From NCBI GenBank assembly GCA_964474885.1, contig CAYYWO010000004.1:20229-84228 (forward strand): a stretch of 64,000 bases of DNA. The letters run 5' to 3'. Source of the DNA: Candidatus Hadarchaeota archaeon (GTDB lineage Archaea; Hadarchaeota; Hadarchaeia; Hadarchaeales; JAWBSP01). The notes beneath the pieces were generated by a model. The model made no database searches. It had not been told where the DNA came from and saw nothing but the letters and a program-made list of their open reading frames with translations. Below, in pieces: positions 36,862 to 46,955 of the stretch (position 1 is its first letter; each line of letters opens with the position of its first letter). Position numbers and translations under genes: made by a program.

Positions 36862-37759
36862 CCAAGCGGATCCTCGACTGAAGATCCGGCATCAGCAGAG
36901 AGGTGAGGTATGCCCTAATGCCCAGCTCTGTTATCCTCCGCACCATTCCCGCGTCAGCCTGATCTACAAAGAGGAGGTGTGCCACATCCCTGTATACCTG
37001 CGCCACCCCCACAGGGCTCACCTCGAGACCTAGTCCTCGCATCAGAACGCCGGCCGGACCGCTGACCGGTGCATGATCTATTATGGGACTTACCGCCATC
37101 ACCCGATGTCTCCTCAGCTTGAGCTCCTCCCTGATCTGGGGGACGGATAAAATGGGACCTATGCTGGTGATGGGATTGCTAGGACCTATCAGAATCCAGT
37201 CCGCCTCCCTGATGGCCTCCAAGACTCCAGGTGCCGGTCTCGCGTGCTCGCTTCCAATGAACTTCACGCCCTTCACCTCAACTCTCCCTCCCCTCAGCAC
37301 CCAGAACTCGTGGAAGCTCAGCTCACCCTCATCAGTCAGGATTCTAGTGGTGACACGATCGTTACTCATAGGCAGGATCTTTACCTTGACACCATACTTC
37401 TCTCGGAGTTTGTCGGTCGCCTGAGAAAGAGTCATGCCCCTGCGGAGGCAATCTGCCCTGAACCTCTTGTTCGCCCTGTCCTCATCACCTATCTTGAGGA
37501 TCTCGCGGTGACCGAGTGCTCTCAATCTATCGTACTCGTGAAAGGTATCACCCCTTATCCCATACCAAGTTTCCTCGTTGATCACTCCAGCGCAGGTGTA
37601 GAGGATGGTATCCAAGTCGGGCGAGACCCACATACCGCCCACCTCGAGATCCTCCCCCGTGTTTCCCACTATTGTCAAATCCGATGGATCAAGCAGGCGC
37701 AGTAACCCTTGGATTAGCTTGGGGGTCCCCGTACCCCCTGACAACACGACCAGCTTCAT
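36818..37759 (-). CDS. cofD: 2-phospho-L-lactate transferase
   Basis: LSGGTGTPKL, NT.ED, SPDLDT, IGD.DRA, GPSNP.TSI.PIL, SGPA. Confidence 0.95.
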   Translation of the reverse strand: MKLVVLSGGTGTPKLIQGLLRLLDPSDLTIVGNTGEDLEVGGMWVSPDLDTILYTCAGVINEETWYGIRGDTFHEYDRLRALGHREILKIGDEDRANKRFRADCLRRGMTLSQATDKLREKYGVKVKILPMSNDRVTTRILTDEGELSFHEFWVLRGGRVEVKGVKFIGSEHARPAPGVLEAIREADWILIGPSNPITSIGPILSVPQIREELKLRRHRVMAVSPIIDHAPVSGPAGVLMRGLGLEVSPVGVAQVYRDVAHLLFVDQADAGMVRRITELGIRAYLTSLLMPDLQSRIRLARVILDYCRQARTG

Positions 37760-40110
37760 CTAACGATAAAATGATAGCTATTCTCGGATATCACATGTTC
37801 GCCCCTTCTCAATTCCAGTTCCAACCTGAGATCGACCGGCTCGGTACAGCTGAAGGAGACCTCATTCGTCTTCACAGCGCAGTCGGGCAGGACCTCCACC
37901 TTGAACGAGCCCTCCCGCAACACTTCCCCCTCGGATTCACCCGGACAGACTGTGACCGGCTTGGAAAAAGTGGGGAAGTTCAGCCAGGGGACATACAACT
38001 CCCCGATGATCCAGATCCGGCTCCCTCGGATCACCCTGTTTCTCGTCTTCAGGAGCCTCCAGCGAATCTCACAGTCTCCCAAGGACGTGTGGTAATCGTT
38101 TATGACCCAGACAGGTAACTTCACCTCCTCTCCCTTTCTGAACACGCTGCGCTCCCAATCTACACAAACGAGAATTGGTGAGAAGGCTTTCCTCAGTGCA
38201 TAGTAACCCAACATGGGTTGCCTCTCGTGATCAATCACCCCCCACGCTATAGACGGCCACCAGTTGACGAACTGAAAACTCAAAAGTCCGCCCGTGGGCT
38301 TATACCGCTTGATCCTAAACTGTTCAACATAGTACTTCAGCAGCTCGGCTTGGTAGAGCTGGCTCGCCATCGCAAAATCCTCAAAGGACTTGTACTTTTT
38401 CCAGCTACCCAAGTACGTGCATAGGATTGAGAGTTGCCCGTCGTGGTACCTCCATTTCTTCCAGTTCGGGGGCCAAGCGTCCTCTACCCATCTCTTGAAA
38501 CCGAGGGGAACCGCCTGTGAACCGAACTCGGTCGGAAACGGGTCTTTTCTCTTCCTGACCTTTGTGAAGACATTACCATACCAGCCCAGATAGATGTGGG
38601 AGTCTCCTTTTCCGCTCGCCTTGTGGACGGGACGCGACCGGTCGATGAAGGTAGCAGTTTTGAACAGTTCGTCATCAAGGCGCTTGTTGCCTACTCTGAA
38701 CCAGATCCAAAGCGGCTCGTTATGACAGCACCAAAGGACGACCGAGGGATGATTGTAGTGCAGGTATATCATCTCGGCTAACATCCGCCTGCACTTGTCG
38801 ATGAATCCTGGATCCGAACGATAGCCCCATTGGAGAGTGAAGTCTTGCCACACCATTATACCTTGTTCATCTAGGACGTCGTAGAGGAGAGGTGGCTCCA
38901 CGTGAGCATGTACCCTGATCATGTTCATGTTGGCCTTCTTGAGGAGTTTCACATCTCTCTCGTAGAATTCTCTCGTCACCCTCGACATCCACTCCGTTGA
39001 GATATAGTTCGTGCCCCGGATGAAGATGCGCCTCCCGTTTATGTACCAGTGATATGCGTCTGGACCCCTCCGCTCATCCCCTTTTTCGTCGAGTTCTCCG
39101 CCAAGCCTGACCGTTCGTATCCCAAATCTGTCGGTTCTCTCGTCCCAGCACTCCCCTCTACAAAGTATCTGGCTATGAAGGGTGTAAAGTGCAGGAGTGC
39201 CCAGCTCTGGATGGTCCCAAGGAAACCAGAGCTTTGGGTTTTTCAACTCGAGCTCGACAGAGGTGTGATTCGGCCCCGGGAGCGCCGTTAGCCGGTAGGT
39301 CCAGTTCTTTTCAGCTTCCTTTACCTCGAACATGAGCGACACATCGACCGGGCTTGATCTCCTGTTCGTCAGAAAAACGTCCAAGTTTATTTTCGCCCTG
39401 TCTCCCCTCAGCTCTGGTGTGATGAATACCCAGTCAAAGCGAACAGGACCCGTGACGAGGAGACGCACAGGTCTGTAGATGCCTCCGCTCCCAAGCGATT
39501 GGGAGGTCTTAGCGTCCAGCAAATCTCCCGGTCTACAGTCATGGAAATTCAAGATGCCCTTAACCAGATGCTTGGACGAAAGGAAGTTCATTAGAAGTCC
39601 TCTGCCCCTTATCCCTCTATCATAGGGATCTTGGACTTTTACCGCCAATAAGTTTTCTTCCCTCAGTTTGTCCGTGACGTCAAAATAGAAGGGGCAAAAA
39701 TATCCCTCGTGCTCGCCCAGCTTTTCACCGTTGAGCCACACTTCTGCCAAGTAATCCACCCCTTCGAAGAGCAATCTGGCTTCCCCTCTGCCCCGCCATC
39801 TGAATCCCCTTCTGAACCAAACCGGTTCGTGAAAGTTCTGAAGCCCCGGGATATCCACGAAGTTGCTGGGGATCTCCACTTCCTTCCATCCTTCGTCCGA
39901 CAATTCTGGCGAGAACCAACCCTCTTTCTCCCCTCGCCCGCTCGGATCTGGCTGGTACTTCCAAATGCCAATCAAATCGATTGACCTGTGGACGTGCCTA
40001 CGCACCCTCTGCTTCTTCCCGGGTTTGCACTCCACTTCCTCCGCCTCTGAGAGGGAACTAAAGATAGAATGACGCATGACTGGCACAAATCGGGGAGTAA
40101 GCTCCTTCAC
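37756..40110 (-). CDS. glycoside hydrolase family 2 (beta-mannosidase-like)
   Basis: FEGVDY, HEGYF, RG.NY, NMIRVHAH, VWQDF, WCCHNEP, TEFG; no signal peptide. Confidence 0.9.
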   Translation of the reverse strand: MKELTPRFVPVMRHSIFSSLSEAEEVECKPGKKQRVRRHVHRSIDLIGIWKYQPDPSGRGEKEGWFSPELSDEGWKEVEIPSNFVDIPGLQNFHEPVWFRRGFRWRGRGEARLLFEGVDYLAEVWLNGEKLGEHEGYFCPFYFDVTDKLREENLLAVKVQDPYDRGIRGRGLLMNFLSSKHLVKGILNFHDCRPGDLLDAKTSQSLGSGGIYRPVRLLVTGPVRFDWVFITPELRGDRAKINLDVFLTNRRSSPVDVSLMFEVKEAEKNWTYRLTALPGPNHTSVELELKNPKLWFPWDHPELGTPALYTLHSQILCRGECWDERTDRFGIRTVRLGGELDEKGDERRGPDAYHWYINGRRIFIRGTNYISTEWMSRVTREFYERDVKLLKKANMNMIRVHAHVEPPLLYDVLDEQGIMVWQDFTLQWGYRSDPGFIDKCRRMLAEMIYLHYNHPSVVLWCCHNEPLWIWFRVGNKRLDDELFKTATFIDRSRPVHKASGKGDSHIYLGWYGNVFTKVRKRKDPFPTEFGSQAVPLGFKRWVEDAWPPNWKKWRYHDGQLSILCTYLGSWKKYKSFEDFAMASQLYQAELLKYYVEQFRIKRYKPTGGLLSFQFVNWWPSIAWGVIDHERQPMLGYYALRKAFSPILVCVDWERSVFRKGEEVKLPVWVINDYHTSLGDCEIRWRLLKTRNRVIRGSRIWIIGELYVPWLNFPTFSKPVTVCPGESEGEVLREGSFKVEVLPDCAVKTNEVSFSCTEPVDLRLELELRRGEHVISENSYHFIVR

Positions 40111-40138
40111 AAAATAAAAGAGTCCCTATTATTTTTCA

Positions 40139-40519
40139 CTATCCCAGTGCAGTACCTAAGCAGGCACCGAGGACAAAGTAGCCCGTCACATTGTATGCCT
40201 CAAGTAGGAAAACCCGTATCACGGCCGCTCGAGGAACGCTTCTAAAGAAATTCCAAGGTCTGCACCCTTTCATCATCAGGAACAGTTCTAGAGATCCTCC
40301 TAGCGAGAAAGCTATCAGCCAAATCACCAATGTCAGCTTTAACCCAAGAAAGTAACCGCTCGCCGTGCCGATCGGAAAGTACCCCACCCACCTTTCCAGA
40401 AGACCCAATTCCGCATGCCTCATGGGGATCTGGATCCCCCATCTGGAGCGGTAATAGCCTAAAATGCCATCTAAGCGTAAAACATCGACGAGGGGGAGGA
40501 GCCAGAATAGAATTTTCAC
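40139..40519 (-). CDS. hypothetical membrane protein
   Basis: 126-aa hydrophobic ORF overlapping the upstream gene by 4 nt. Confidence 0.65.
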   Translation of the reverse strand: MKILFWLLPLVDVLRLDGILGYYRSRWGIQIPMRHAELGLLERWVGYFPIGTASGYFLGLKLTLVIWLIAFSLGGSLELFLMMKGCRPWNFFRSVPRAAVIRVFLLEAYNVTGYFVLGACLGTALG

Positions 40520-40800
40520 TCTAAGAGTGCTAGGATCAGCAGACCAGTCGGAATAAGAATTCCCACCAGCGCTCCTATCAAGGCTTTGATGTCCTCAACT
40601 ACAGCAGTGATACCCCACTTGGAAACCAGTGAAAACATCCCCCAAGTCCCGTCGATGAACAGCAGAATACCGATGACCCCTATGATGAGAGCTACCACTC
40701 CAATACCTCTCGCCTTTCCTCTTGCCTGCCAAATTATGAAGCCCCCGTCGAATAAGCCAATCAGCCCCAGCAACAGCGTGAACATGGGGAGGAACGCCAT
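40516..40800 (-). CDS. hypothetical small three-TM protein
   Basis: 94-aa hydrophobic ORF in operon. Confidence 0.65.
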   Translation of the reverse strand: MAFLPMFTLLLGLIGLFDGGFIIWQARGKARGIGVVALIIGVIGILLFIDGTWGMFSLVSKWGITAVVEDIKALIGALVGILIPTGLLILALLE

Positions 40801-40818
40801 CTTTTATCAGCAACCCCT

Positions 40819-41964
40819 TTATAAATGTTTCACCATCTTGGGTAGCCACCCCTGCTCTTGGTACCACTCGACCGTTTTCTTCAGGCCTTCTCGGAAGTCC
40901 GGCCACATGCACTCGAAACCTGTCGCCTTCAAGGCAGAAGTGTCGTAGGCCTTGTGTCCCGCGGGTATCCACTTCCAAGTGGAAAGCTTCACTGCACCGT
41001 ACGAAAATAACCAATCCAAGTCTATTCTGGGACGCAGAACGTTCTTTATCCCGTACTTCTTCACAATGTTATCCCACTTTTGCTGGACAATCTTGTTTAT
41101 CAAACGAATTCCAAAGATGATGGAATTCTCGAGGACAGGTGCTAGAGGTGCTGTCATAGGTATCAGAATTCGCACAAGCTTTTGATAAAGCGGGAGAGGC
41201 ACTCCCTTCTCTACCCCCAATACATCAGCAAGTGCATCAAACATCTCCGTCAAGGTCACCGGCCGATCGTCTGCAACGTTGAAAGCTCTCCCAACGGTGT
41301 CCGGTCTCTTGGCGAGGTGAATAGCTGCCCTTGCTACATCGTCCGCATGCACATGATGAGTCAGCATGTCCCCCACCACCCTAAAGGGAGCCTTCTTAGT
41401 CTCCCAGTAGCCAGCAACAATCGCAGAGAGAAAGAGACCAACACCATACTTGCTTCCGGGACCGTACACGAGTGTTGGTCTGATGGCCCTAACCGAGAGC
41501 CCTTTTTTGGCATAGCTCATTGCCACCTGCTCCCCCATCCACTTGGTTTTCTCGTAGTTGTTGGTGGGATTCTTAGGGTGATTCTCATCCATAGGGATGT
41601 ATACAGTCCTGCCGTAGACACCAACCGTGCTCCAGTGAACGAACGATTCGACTTCCGCCTGAAGTGCGGCCTCGCACACGTTGCGAGTGGCCACAACATT
41701 CGCGTTGTACAGAACATCATAGGGCAGGCTGAAATCAAAGAGACCTGCTACGTGAAACACCCAATCGATGTCTTTGAATAGGTTCGGCACCTCTTTCCTG
41801 TCCAGCAGATCCACTTTCATTACCTCGGCTCCTTCTTTTTCTGCCCACTCCAAGTTTGCACGCGGGAGATCAGTAGCCCTCACCTGATATCCTTCCTTGA
41901 GCAACCAACGAACTACATGCGAACCTATGAATCCTCCGGCACCCGTGACCAAACAGCGCTTCAT
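40819..41964 (-). CDS. extended SDR, NAD-dependent epimerase/dehydratase (3-beta-HSD-like)
   Basis: TGAGGFIG, ST.GVYG, YEKTK, RP..VYGP; start at ATG 41964 (ATGA overlap with AOR). Confidence 0.9.
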   Translation of the reverse strand: MKRCLVTGAGGFIGSHVVRWLLKEGYQVRATDLPRANLEWAEKEGAEVMKVDLLDRKEVPNLFKDIDWVFHVAGLFDFSLPYDVLYNANVVATRNVCEAALQAEVESFVHWSTVGVYGRTVYIPMDENHPKNPTNNYEKTKWMGEQVAMSYAKKGLSVRAIRPTLVYGPGSKYGVGLFLSAIVAGYWETKKAPFRVVGDMLTHHVHADDVARAAIHLAKRPDTVGRAFNVADDRPVTLTEMFDALADVLGVEKGVPLPLYQKLVRILIPMTAPLAPVLENSIIFGIRLINKIVQQKWDNIVKKYGIKNVLRPRIDLDWLFSYGAVKLSTWKWIPAGHKAYDTSALKATGFECMWPDFREGLKKTVEWYQEQGWLPKMVKHL

Positions 41965-43919
41965 TTCCGATAAAGCTGCTTCCTCACCTCTTCCAGATCG
42001 AGCTCTCTTAGCTTCTCCTCCATAGGAATCCCACAGACGGGATCCCAACCCAGCTCCTCATAAAACGCATACTGTGCCTCTACTAAGTTGCACCCCTGGG
42101 CCGCCCTCTTGCTCACCCTGAAGTCTTCCGGTCTTATGCCCTCCCTGTAATTGAAGGCCTGCATGAGAGTTAAAATACGCTGTCCTACGCGGTGGAAGTC
42201 TACTATCCCGAGGTCCCAACCGGTCGCCGCATTAATGTAATCAAGAACCTTCAGCCTCGCCCCAGCCGTGAGCGGGCCAAAAAGACAGAAGCCCGCGGCA
42301 GACATGGCATGGAAGTAGACGGATGCATGAGCCGCCCTCTTGCCGTGGAACTCCCAGTTGCTGAACCTCCAAGATTTCGGGTAAAACGGAGGCGCTGGTT
42401 CGACGCCGAAGATCTTGTGCAACTCCTCTAGGTCGATGAAGGTCATTGAGTGCAAATGCTTGCCTGGCACGGGTTCTGATTGATAGGAGATGCCATATCC
42501 TGGATCTTGTCGTGGATCGTGCATGGCGAGTTCCACCCCTCCCGCATGAACTGCGAATTCTTTGGAGCCAGGTATTTTCTCCGAGGCCCTTTTCACACCG
42601 TCTGCCAACAGATCACCGATACCTTCTCTCTTTATTATTTTGTCCAGTAGCATCAAGTGAGCCTCACCATCTCCCCAGTTCAGGGGGAAACCGATGTCCT
42701 CTGCCTTGAGCAGACCTTTTTCATAGCACTCACATGCAAAAGCCACGACAGATCCTGCCGAAATCCCGTCCAAACCTGCCCGGTTACACATGTCTATGGC
42801 TTTCAGAACTGTATCAAGATCTGAGTTCAAACAGTTAGAACCAAAAGAGGCCAAGCATTCGTACTCAACCTTCACCTCCTCCAGCTGGAATCTGCCACCT
42901 TTTGCCACCAAGCTGGTACAACCCAAGGGGCATGACTCGCAAGCGTGCCTTTTCGTCCTTAATTCGAGGATTTTTTCATCCGACAGTTCCATCGCTTGTT
43001 TGGTTGAAAAGTCCGCTTGGCTCCCTGCCCAGTTCTTGATGGCCGAATCCTGAGAGGTCATCGACCAGCCGGCAAAACCGGGTGTACCATATCTCATCAT
43101 AATAAGCTGGAAAAAGATAGGCTGCAAACGTACCATAAACTTACTTTGCAGGGTCAGTCTTCCAAGTATACTGGTCATTCTCCCCCACCTGCTTTTAAGC
43201 CTGTCCTCGGCCGCGAGTTTTGCGAAGGGGGACCTGTACCACTCCAAGAACTCCTTGTTCAGCTGCATGATCTTTTCCCTGGACGCAACCTCTATTTTTC
43301 CTGTTCCAAGGACCGCTACCGCTTTTAGCTTCTTGCTCCCCATCACTGCTCCCATCCCTGTACGAGCAGCTATCCTGTGACGCTCGCTAACTATGCCCGA
43401 GATCATGGACAAATTTTCCCCTGCCTGTCCTATGCAAGCCACCTTGACCCTCGGGTTGTTTGTTTCGGTCTTTATGATCTGGTCCGTCTCGTATGTATCC
43501 TTCCCCCACAGGTGCGATGCATCACGCAGCTCTGCCTTGCCATCCTCTACGTAAAGGTAAACGGGCTTCTCCGACTTGCCCACGAAGAATATCGCATCGT
43601 AACCTGCCCTTTTAAGTTCCGGGCCGAAACTTCCCCCAGCGTTTGCCATCCCAAACCCGCCGGTAACCGGAGATTTGGCAGCAACCATGTACCTCCCGCT
43701 GAACCAGGCCCCAGTTCCATTTAGCAAGCCAGAAGCAAAGCACAGTATATTCCTCTCGCCGAGCGGATCAATCTTTGGCTTAAGGTTCTCAAAGAGAAAC
43801 TTGGCGGCAAGCCCGTACCCACCAAAAACCTGCTGGTATACTTTTTCCTCTACCTCCCGCTCTTTAATCTTTCCGGTGCTCAGATCCACCCAAAGTACCT
43901 TACCTCTAAAGGGTGGCAT
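41961..43919 (-). CDS. tungsten aldehyde:ferredoxin oxidoreductase family protein
   Basis: KSP.TG, R.G.GAVMGSK.LKA, CESCPLGC, EYE, GLD.IS, HDPR, G.C.F. Confidence 0.93.
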   Translation of the reverse strand: MPPFRGKVLWVDLSTGKIKEREVEEKVYQQVFGGYGLAAKFLFENLKPKIDPLGERNILCFASGLLNGTGAWFSGRYMVAAKSPVTGGFGMANAGGSFGPELKRAGYDAIFFVGKSEKPVYLYVEDGKAELRDASHLWGKDTYETDQIIKTETNNPRVKVACIGQAGENLSMISGIVSERHRIAARTGMGAVMGSKKLKAVAVLGTGKIEVASREKIMQLNKEFLEWYRSPFAKLAAEDRLKSRWGRMTSILGRLTLQSKFMVRLQPIFFQLIMMRYGTPGFAGWSMTSQDSAIKNWAGSQADFSTKQAMELSDEKILELRTKRHACESCPLGCTSLVAKGGRFQLEEVKVEYECLASFGSNCLNSDLDTVLKAIDMCNRAGLDGISAGSVVAFACECYEKGLLKAEDIGFPLNWGDGEAHLMLLDKIIKREGIGDLLADGVKRASEKIPGSKEFAVHAGGVELAMHDPRQDPGYGISYQSEPVPGKHLHSMTFIDLEELHKIFGVEPAPPFYPKSWRFSNWEFHGKRAAHASVYFHAMSAAGFCLFGPLTAGARLKVLDYINAATGWDLGIVDFHRVGQRILTLMQAFNYREGIRPEDFRVSKRAAQGCNLVEAQYAFYEELGWDPVCGIPMEEKLRELDLEEVRKQLYRK

Positions 43920-44594
43920 CTATACTACTTTGTAGGGTTTTGTGTCTTTATAGTATTCCCATTTGTCCCAGCGCTCCTTGGCTTCCCTTATCTTCGTCTC
44001 CATGTCCTGGACTATTCTGACCTCACCCTTTCTGAGCTTTTCAGCGAATCTCTCAGCTTCTTCCTTCCTCTTGCAGAAGTACAAAATTTTCCCATCCTTA
44101 ACAACTTTGAAGTTCAGCGGCTGAGCAAACCACTCCTGATATTTCTCCCTTTCCTCAGGCGTGACCTTCTCGATCTTCACCCTCGCTGCCTCCTCTGGCG
44201 AAAGGGGATCGGCTATTTTTAGTGGTTCCTCCTCCTGCCAGCCTGCAAAAGGCTCTGTCTTGTCATCGATCGTGAGGGCCCATACTAGTCCCCCATGTCT
44301 AGGTGTCCGCCCAAAAAGGACAAAATACCAGCTTCCACCGTACCAGAACCAGAAAGGATAGGAAAGAACATAGAGAAGACCCAGCCAGAAGGGTACAGAG
44401 GCACAAGGGAGCTTCCACCAGAAAGAAAACCCTGCAAGATTCGCTAGGAGCACATTGATCCATGCCAAGGCTGTCACAATTTCCAAGATGATAATAAAGG
44501 TATCTGGATTCTTTTTGTGGAGTCTCTTGGAAGGTGCTGCTAAAAGAAGGCCAAGAACCCACAACAACAAGGCGTCCAAAGAACCGACTATCAT
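43920..44594 (-). CDS. hypothetical protein, N-terminal TM segments plus charged C-terminal domain
   Basis: Start at ATG 44594 (ATGA overlap); about three TM then hydrophilic tail. Confidence 0.7.
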   Translation of the reverse strand: MIVGSLDALLLWVLGLLLAAPSKRLHKKNPDTFIIILEIVTALAWINVLLANLAGFSFWWKLPCASVPFWLGLLYVLSYPFWFWYGGSWYFVLFGRTPRHGGLVWALTIDDKTEPFAGWQEEEPLKIADPLSPEEAARVKIEKVTPEEREKYQEWFAQPLNFKVVKDGKILYFCKRKEEAERFAEKLRKGEVRIVQDMETKIREAKERWDKWEYYKDTKPYKVV

Positions 44595-45670
44595 AGTTTC
44601 CCCTGCCTCTTGCACCAAACGTAGTAATCCAACAACCCCTCCCTTGGATCCTCAAATTTGAACTTGTAACCTATGCTCTTCAGTTTCTCATTCGAAAACC
44701 AATATTGGTGAGTTATGTACTGGAGCTCTGGGACATCAAATTTTGGTCTTTTGCCCTTTTTTCTAGCACGATTGTCGAGAAATCTCCCTACCCTGATCAC
44801 GAATGAAGAAGCAAGCTTATACAGAGAAAAGGGCACAGGTATTCTATATATCGGGCTGCAGTAGGCGAGATGCGAAATAAATTCAGAGAACTCCGATTGG
44901 GTGATACAGTTTGAAAGCACGTTGAACACCTCGCCTATGGTATCATCCCGTTCAGCCACATATATAGCCGCTTCACACAGATCCCTGACATGAACACATG
45001 GATACATGAGCTGCTTGGAGCGGGGATAAATTCTAACCACTCCTCCGACACCAAATTTTCTGGGAGCCAACAGTGTCTTGTATACGCCATACGTGTGTCG
45101 GGGCCCGTAAATAGGGGCTGGACGCAGAACCGTGAGAGGAAGCCCCTTCTCCCTGTAATACTTCCAGAGCAACCTTTCCTGCTCGACTTTTGAGCGTGAA
45201 TAATTGTTCGGTGGATCATAAGGTGCGTTTTCGTCCCCAGGTAGATAAGGTGTTTCACCGTACACACCATCGGTTGACCAGTGCACCCAATGCCTTACTT
45301 TCACACCGGACTCCAGCCAGGCCTCTACCAGATTCTTATGTCCCTCTACGTTGACCTTGTAGAGCAGTTCCCAAGGAGCAAAATAGTCGTAAAGAGAAGC
45401 TATGCTAAAAACGGCATCGTAGTCTCTCGTGAATAGGGATTTCAAAGTTTCCCGCTTGGTTAAGTCAGCGGGTATGAACTCTGCCTTCGTTTGCTTTATG
45501 ATGTCTGAGAAGTAGACGGGATGAAAGGCACCCTTCTCAACATAGAACACCTTCCTGTCCGCCTGAGGCAGATCCGTGGCAACAATCTCCCAGCCTTTCT
45601 CATGTAAGATTTCTAACATGTTACTACCTGTAAAACCGCATGCTCCCGTTACTAAGGCTATCTTCCCCAT
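44591..45670 (-). CDS. extended SDR, NAD-dependent epimerase/dehydratase (3-beta-HSD-like)
   Basis: TGACGFTG, ST.GVYG, YSRSK, RP.PIYGP; start at ATG 45670. Confidence 0.9.
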   Translation of the reverse strand: MGKIALVTGACGFTGSNMLEILHEKGWEIVATDLPQADRKVFYVEKGAFHPVYFSDIIKQTKAEFIPADLTKRETLKSLFTRDYDAVFSIASLYDYFAPWELLYKVNVEGHKNLVEAWLESGVKVRHWVHWSTDGVYGETPYLPGDENAPYDPPNNYSRSKVEQERLLWKYYREKGLPLTVLRPAPIYGPRHTYGVYKTLLAPRKFGVGGVVRIYPRSKQLMYPCVHVRDLCEAAIYVAERDDTIGEVFNVLSNCITQSEFSEFISHLAYCSPIYRIPVPFSLYKLASSFVIRVGRFLDNRARKKGKRPKFDVPELQYITHQYWFSNEKLKSIGYKFKFEDPREGLLDYYVWCKRQGKL

Positions 45671-45686
45671 TCGTTGTAAAACATGG

Positions 45687-45696
45687 TTAAATATAA
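45687..45696 (-). promoter_or_regulatory. putative TATA box of the SDR-AOR-GH2 operon
   Basis: TTATATTTAA on minus strand 17-26 nt upstream of ATG 45670. Confidence 0.55.
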
Positions 45697-45698
45697 CC

Positions 45699-46955
45699 TT
45701 ACCTACCGACTGCAGCCCGATAAATCCCGAGGGTTTCGCGAGCAGCCCGGTCGATCGTGAATCTCTCGAGAACCCTCTCCCTAGCATTCTCCCCAAGCTT
45801 CTTCCTCAAACTCTCGTCCTTCAGCAGCTCGATGACAAAAGTCGCGATGTCCACCGGGTTGTCAGGATCGATGTGGGAGCCGCACCTCTTGGCGTGGGGG
45901 AAATCTGTGGGGACGACCTGCTCCCTCAGCCCCGACACGCCCTTCGCCCCCACCACCACGGGCTTGCCCATCGCCATCGCCTCGGTGCACACGATCCCGA
46001 AGGGCTCATACCTAGATGGGAACACGGCGACATCACAGGCCGCGTAGTGCAGGATTCGCTCCTCCTCGGGGACGTATTTGAACTCGAAGATCACACTTTT
46101 GTCCACTCCCAGCCTCCTTGCCATATCCGGCAGGCTGGCCTCCTGCTCGCCTTTCCCCAATATCACGAGCTTCGCGTCGGGGACCTCCTTCAGGATATAC
46201 GGCATCGCTCTAACAAGCGAATCCGCCCCCTTCACCCAGCTTAGCCTGCCCACGAAGAGGATCATGGGAGATCCGTTCACCCCTATCTTCCTTCTGAACT
46301 CCTCTACCTCTGCCTTGCCAATTCTCTTCGGGTCGTACTTCTTCTCATCTACACCGTTGTAAACCACTCGTATCTTTCCCTCCTCAAAACCCAAGCTCAC
46401 AAGCTCGTCCCTCATGGCATAGCTGACTGTTACGATGATGTCCGCCGCCTTCCCCGCTAGCTTCTCGATCTCTCTTATTGTGGGGGACCCTCTGCCGCCC
46501 GATCTTCCATGTTCAGTTGAGTGGAAGTGGACGACCAGAGGCAGCTTCAGGTGCTTCTTGAGCACAATCCCCGCCATCGAGGCAAGCCAGTCATGGGCCA
46601 CGATCAGGTCGAACTTCCTCCCCTCCCGTGCGACCAGCTGGTTCACTACCTTCGTGCTCGTCAGGATGTTGTACATGAGGGTCTCGGCGAAGAACTCCTG
46701 CGCGGCTGGGGGCCACATCTTGACGTCCTGCGGTATCATGGCGGGCAGGACCTCAGTCGCATCGACCGTCTGCGGTCTGTGAACCTCCACCCCTTGGTAC
46801 AGGTCCCTCGTAACCGCCTGATTGTTGGGGTTTCTCGAGAAAACCACTACATTCTCACCTTCCCTGACGAACCTGCGGGTCATCTCAATCGCATACGTAC
46901 CGAGGCCACCTCTGAAATAAGGGGGGAACTCGTCGCACAGGTACAGAATGTTCAT
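45699..46955 (-). CDS. glycosyltransferase family 4 (glycogen-synthase-like)
   Basis: EFPP...GGLG, HDW, HSTE.GR, GRL...KG, PS.YEPFGIV..EAM. Confidence 0.92.
   Translation of the reverse strand: MNILYLCDEFPPYFRGGLGTYAIEMTRRFVREGENVVVFSRNPNNQAVTRDLYQGVEVHRPQTVDATEVLPAMIPQDVKMWPPAAQEFFAETLMYNILTSTKVVNQLVAREGRKFDLIVAHDWLASMAGIVLKKHLKLPLVVHFHSTEHGRSGGRGSPTIREIEKLAGKAADIIVTVSYAMRDELVSLGFEEGKIRVVYNGVDEKKYDPKRIGKAEVEEFRRKIGVNGSPMILFVGRLSWVKGADSLVRAMPYILKEVPDAKLVILGKGEQEASLPDMARRLGVDKSVIFEFKYVPEEERILHYAACDVAVFPSRYEPFGIVCTEAMAMGKPVVVGAKGVSGLREQVVPTDFPHAKRCGSHIDPDNPVDIATFVIELLKDESLRKKLGENARERVLERFTIDRAARETLGIYRAAVGR

Noticed and set aside
41961-43919. Selenocysteine/pyrrolysine readthrough or intein in the redox enzymes
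   Set aside because: ORFs are uninterrupted, of near-normal length, and show no intein terminal motifs
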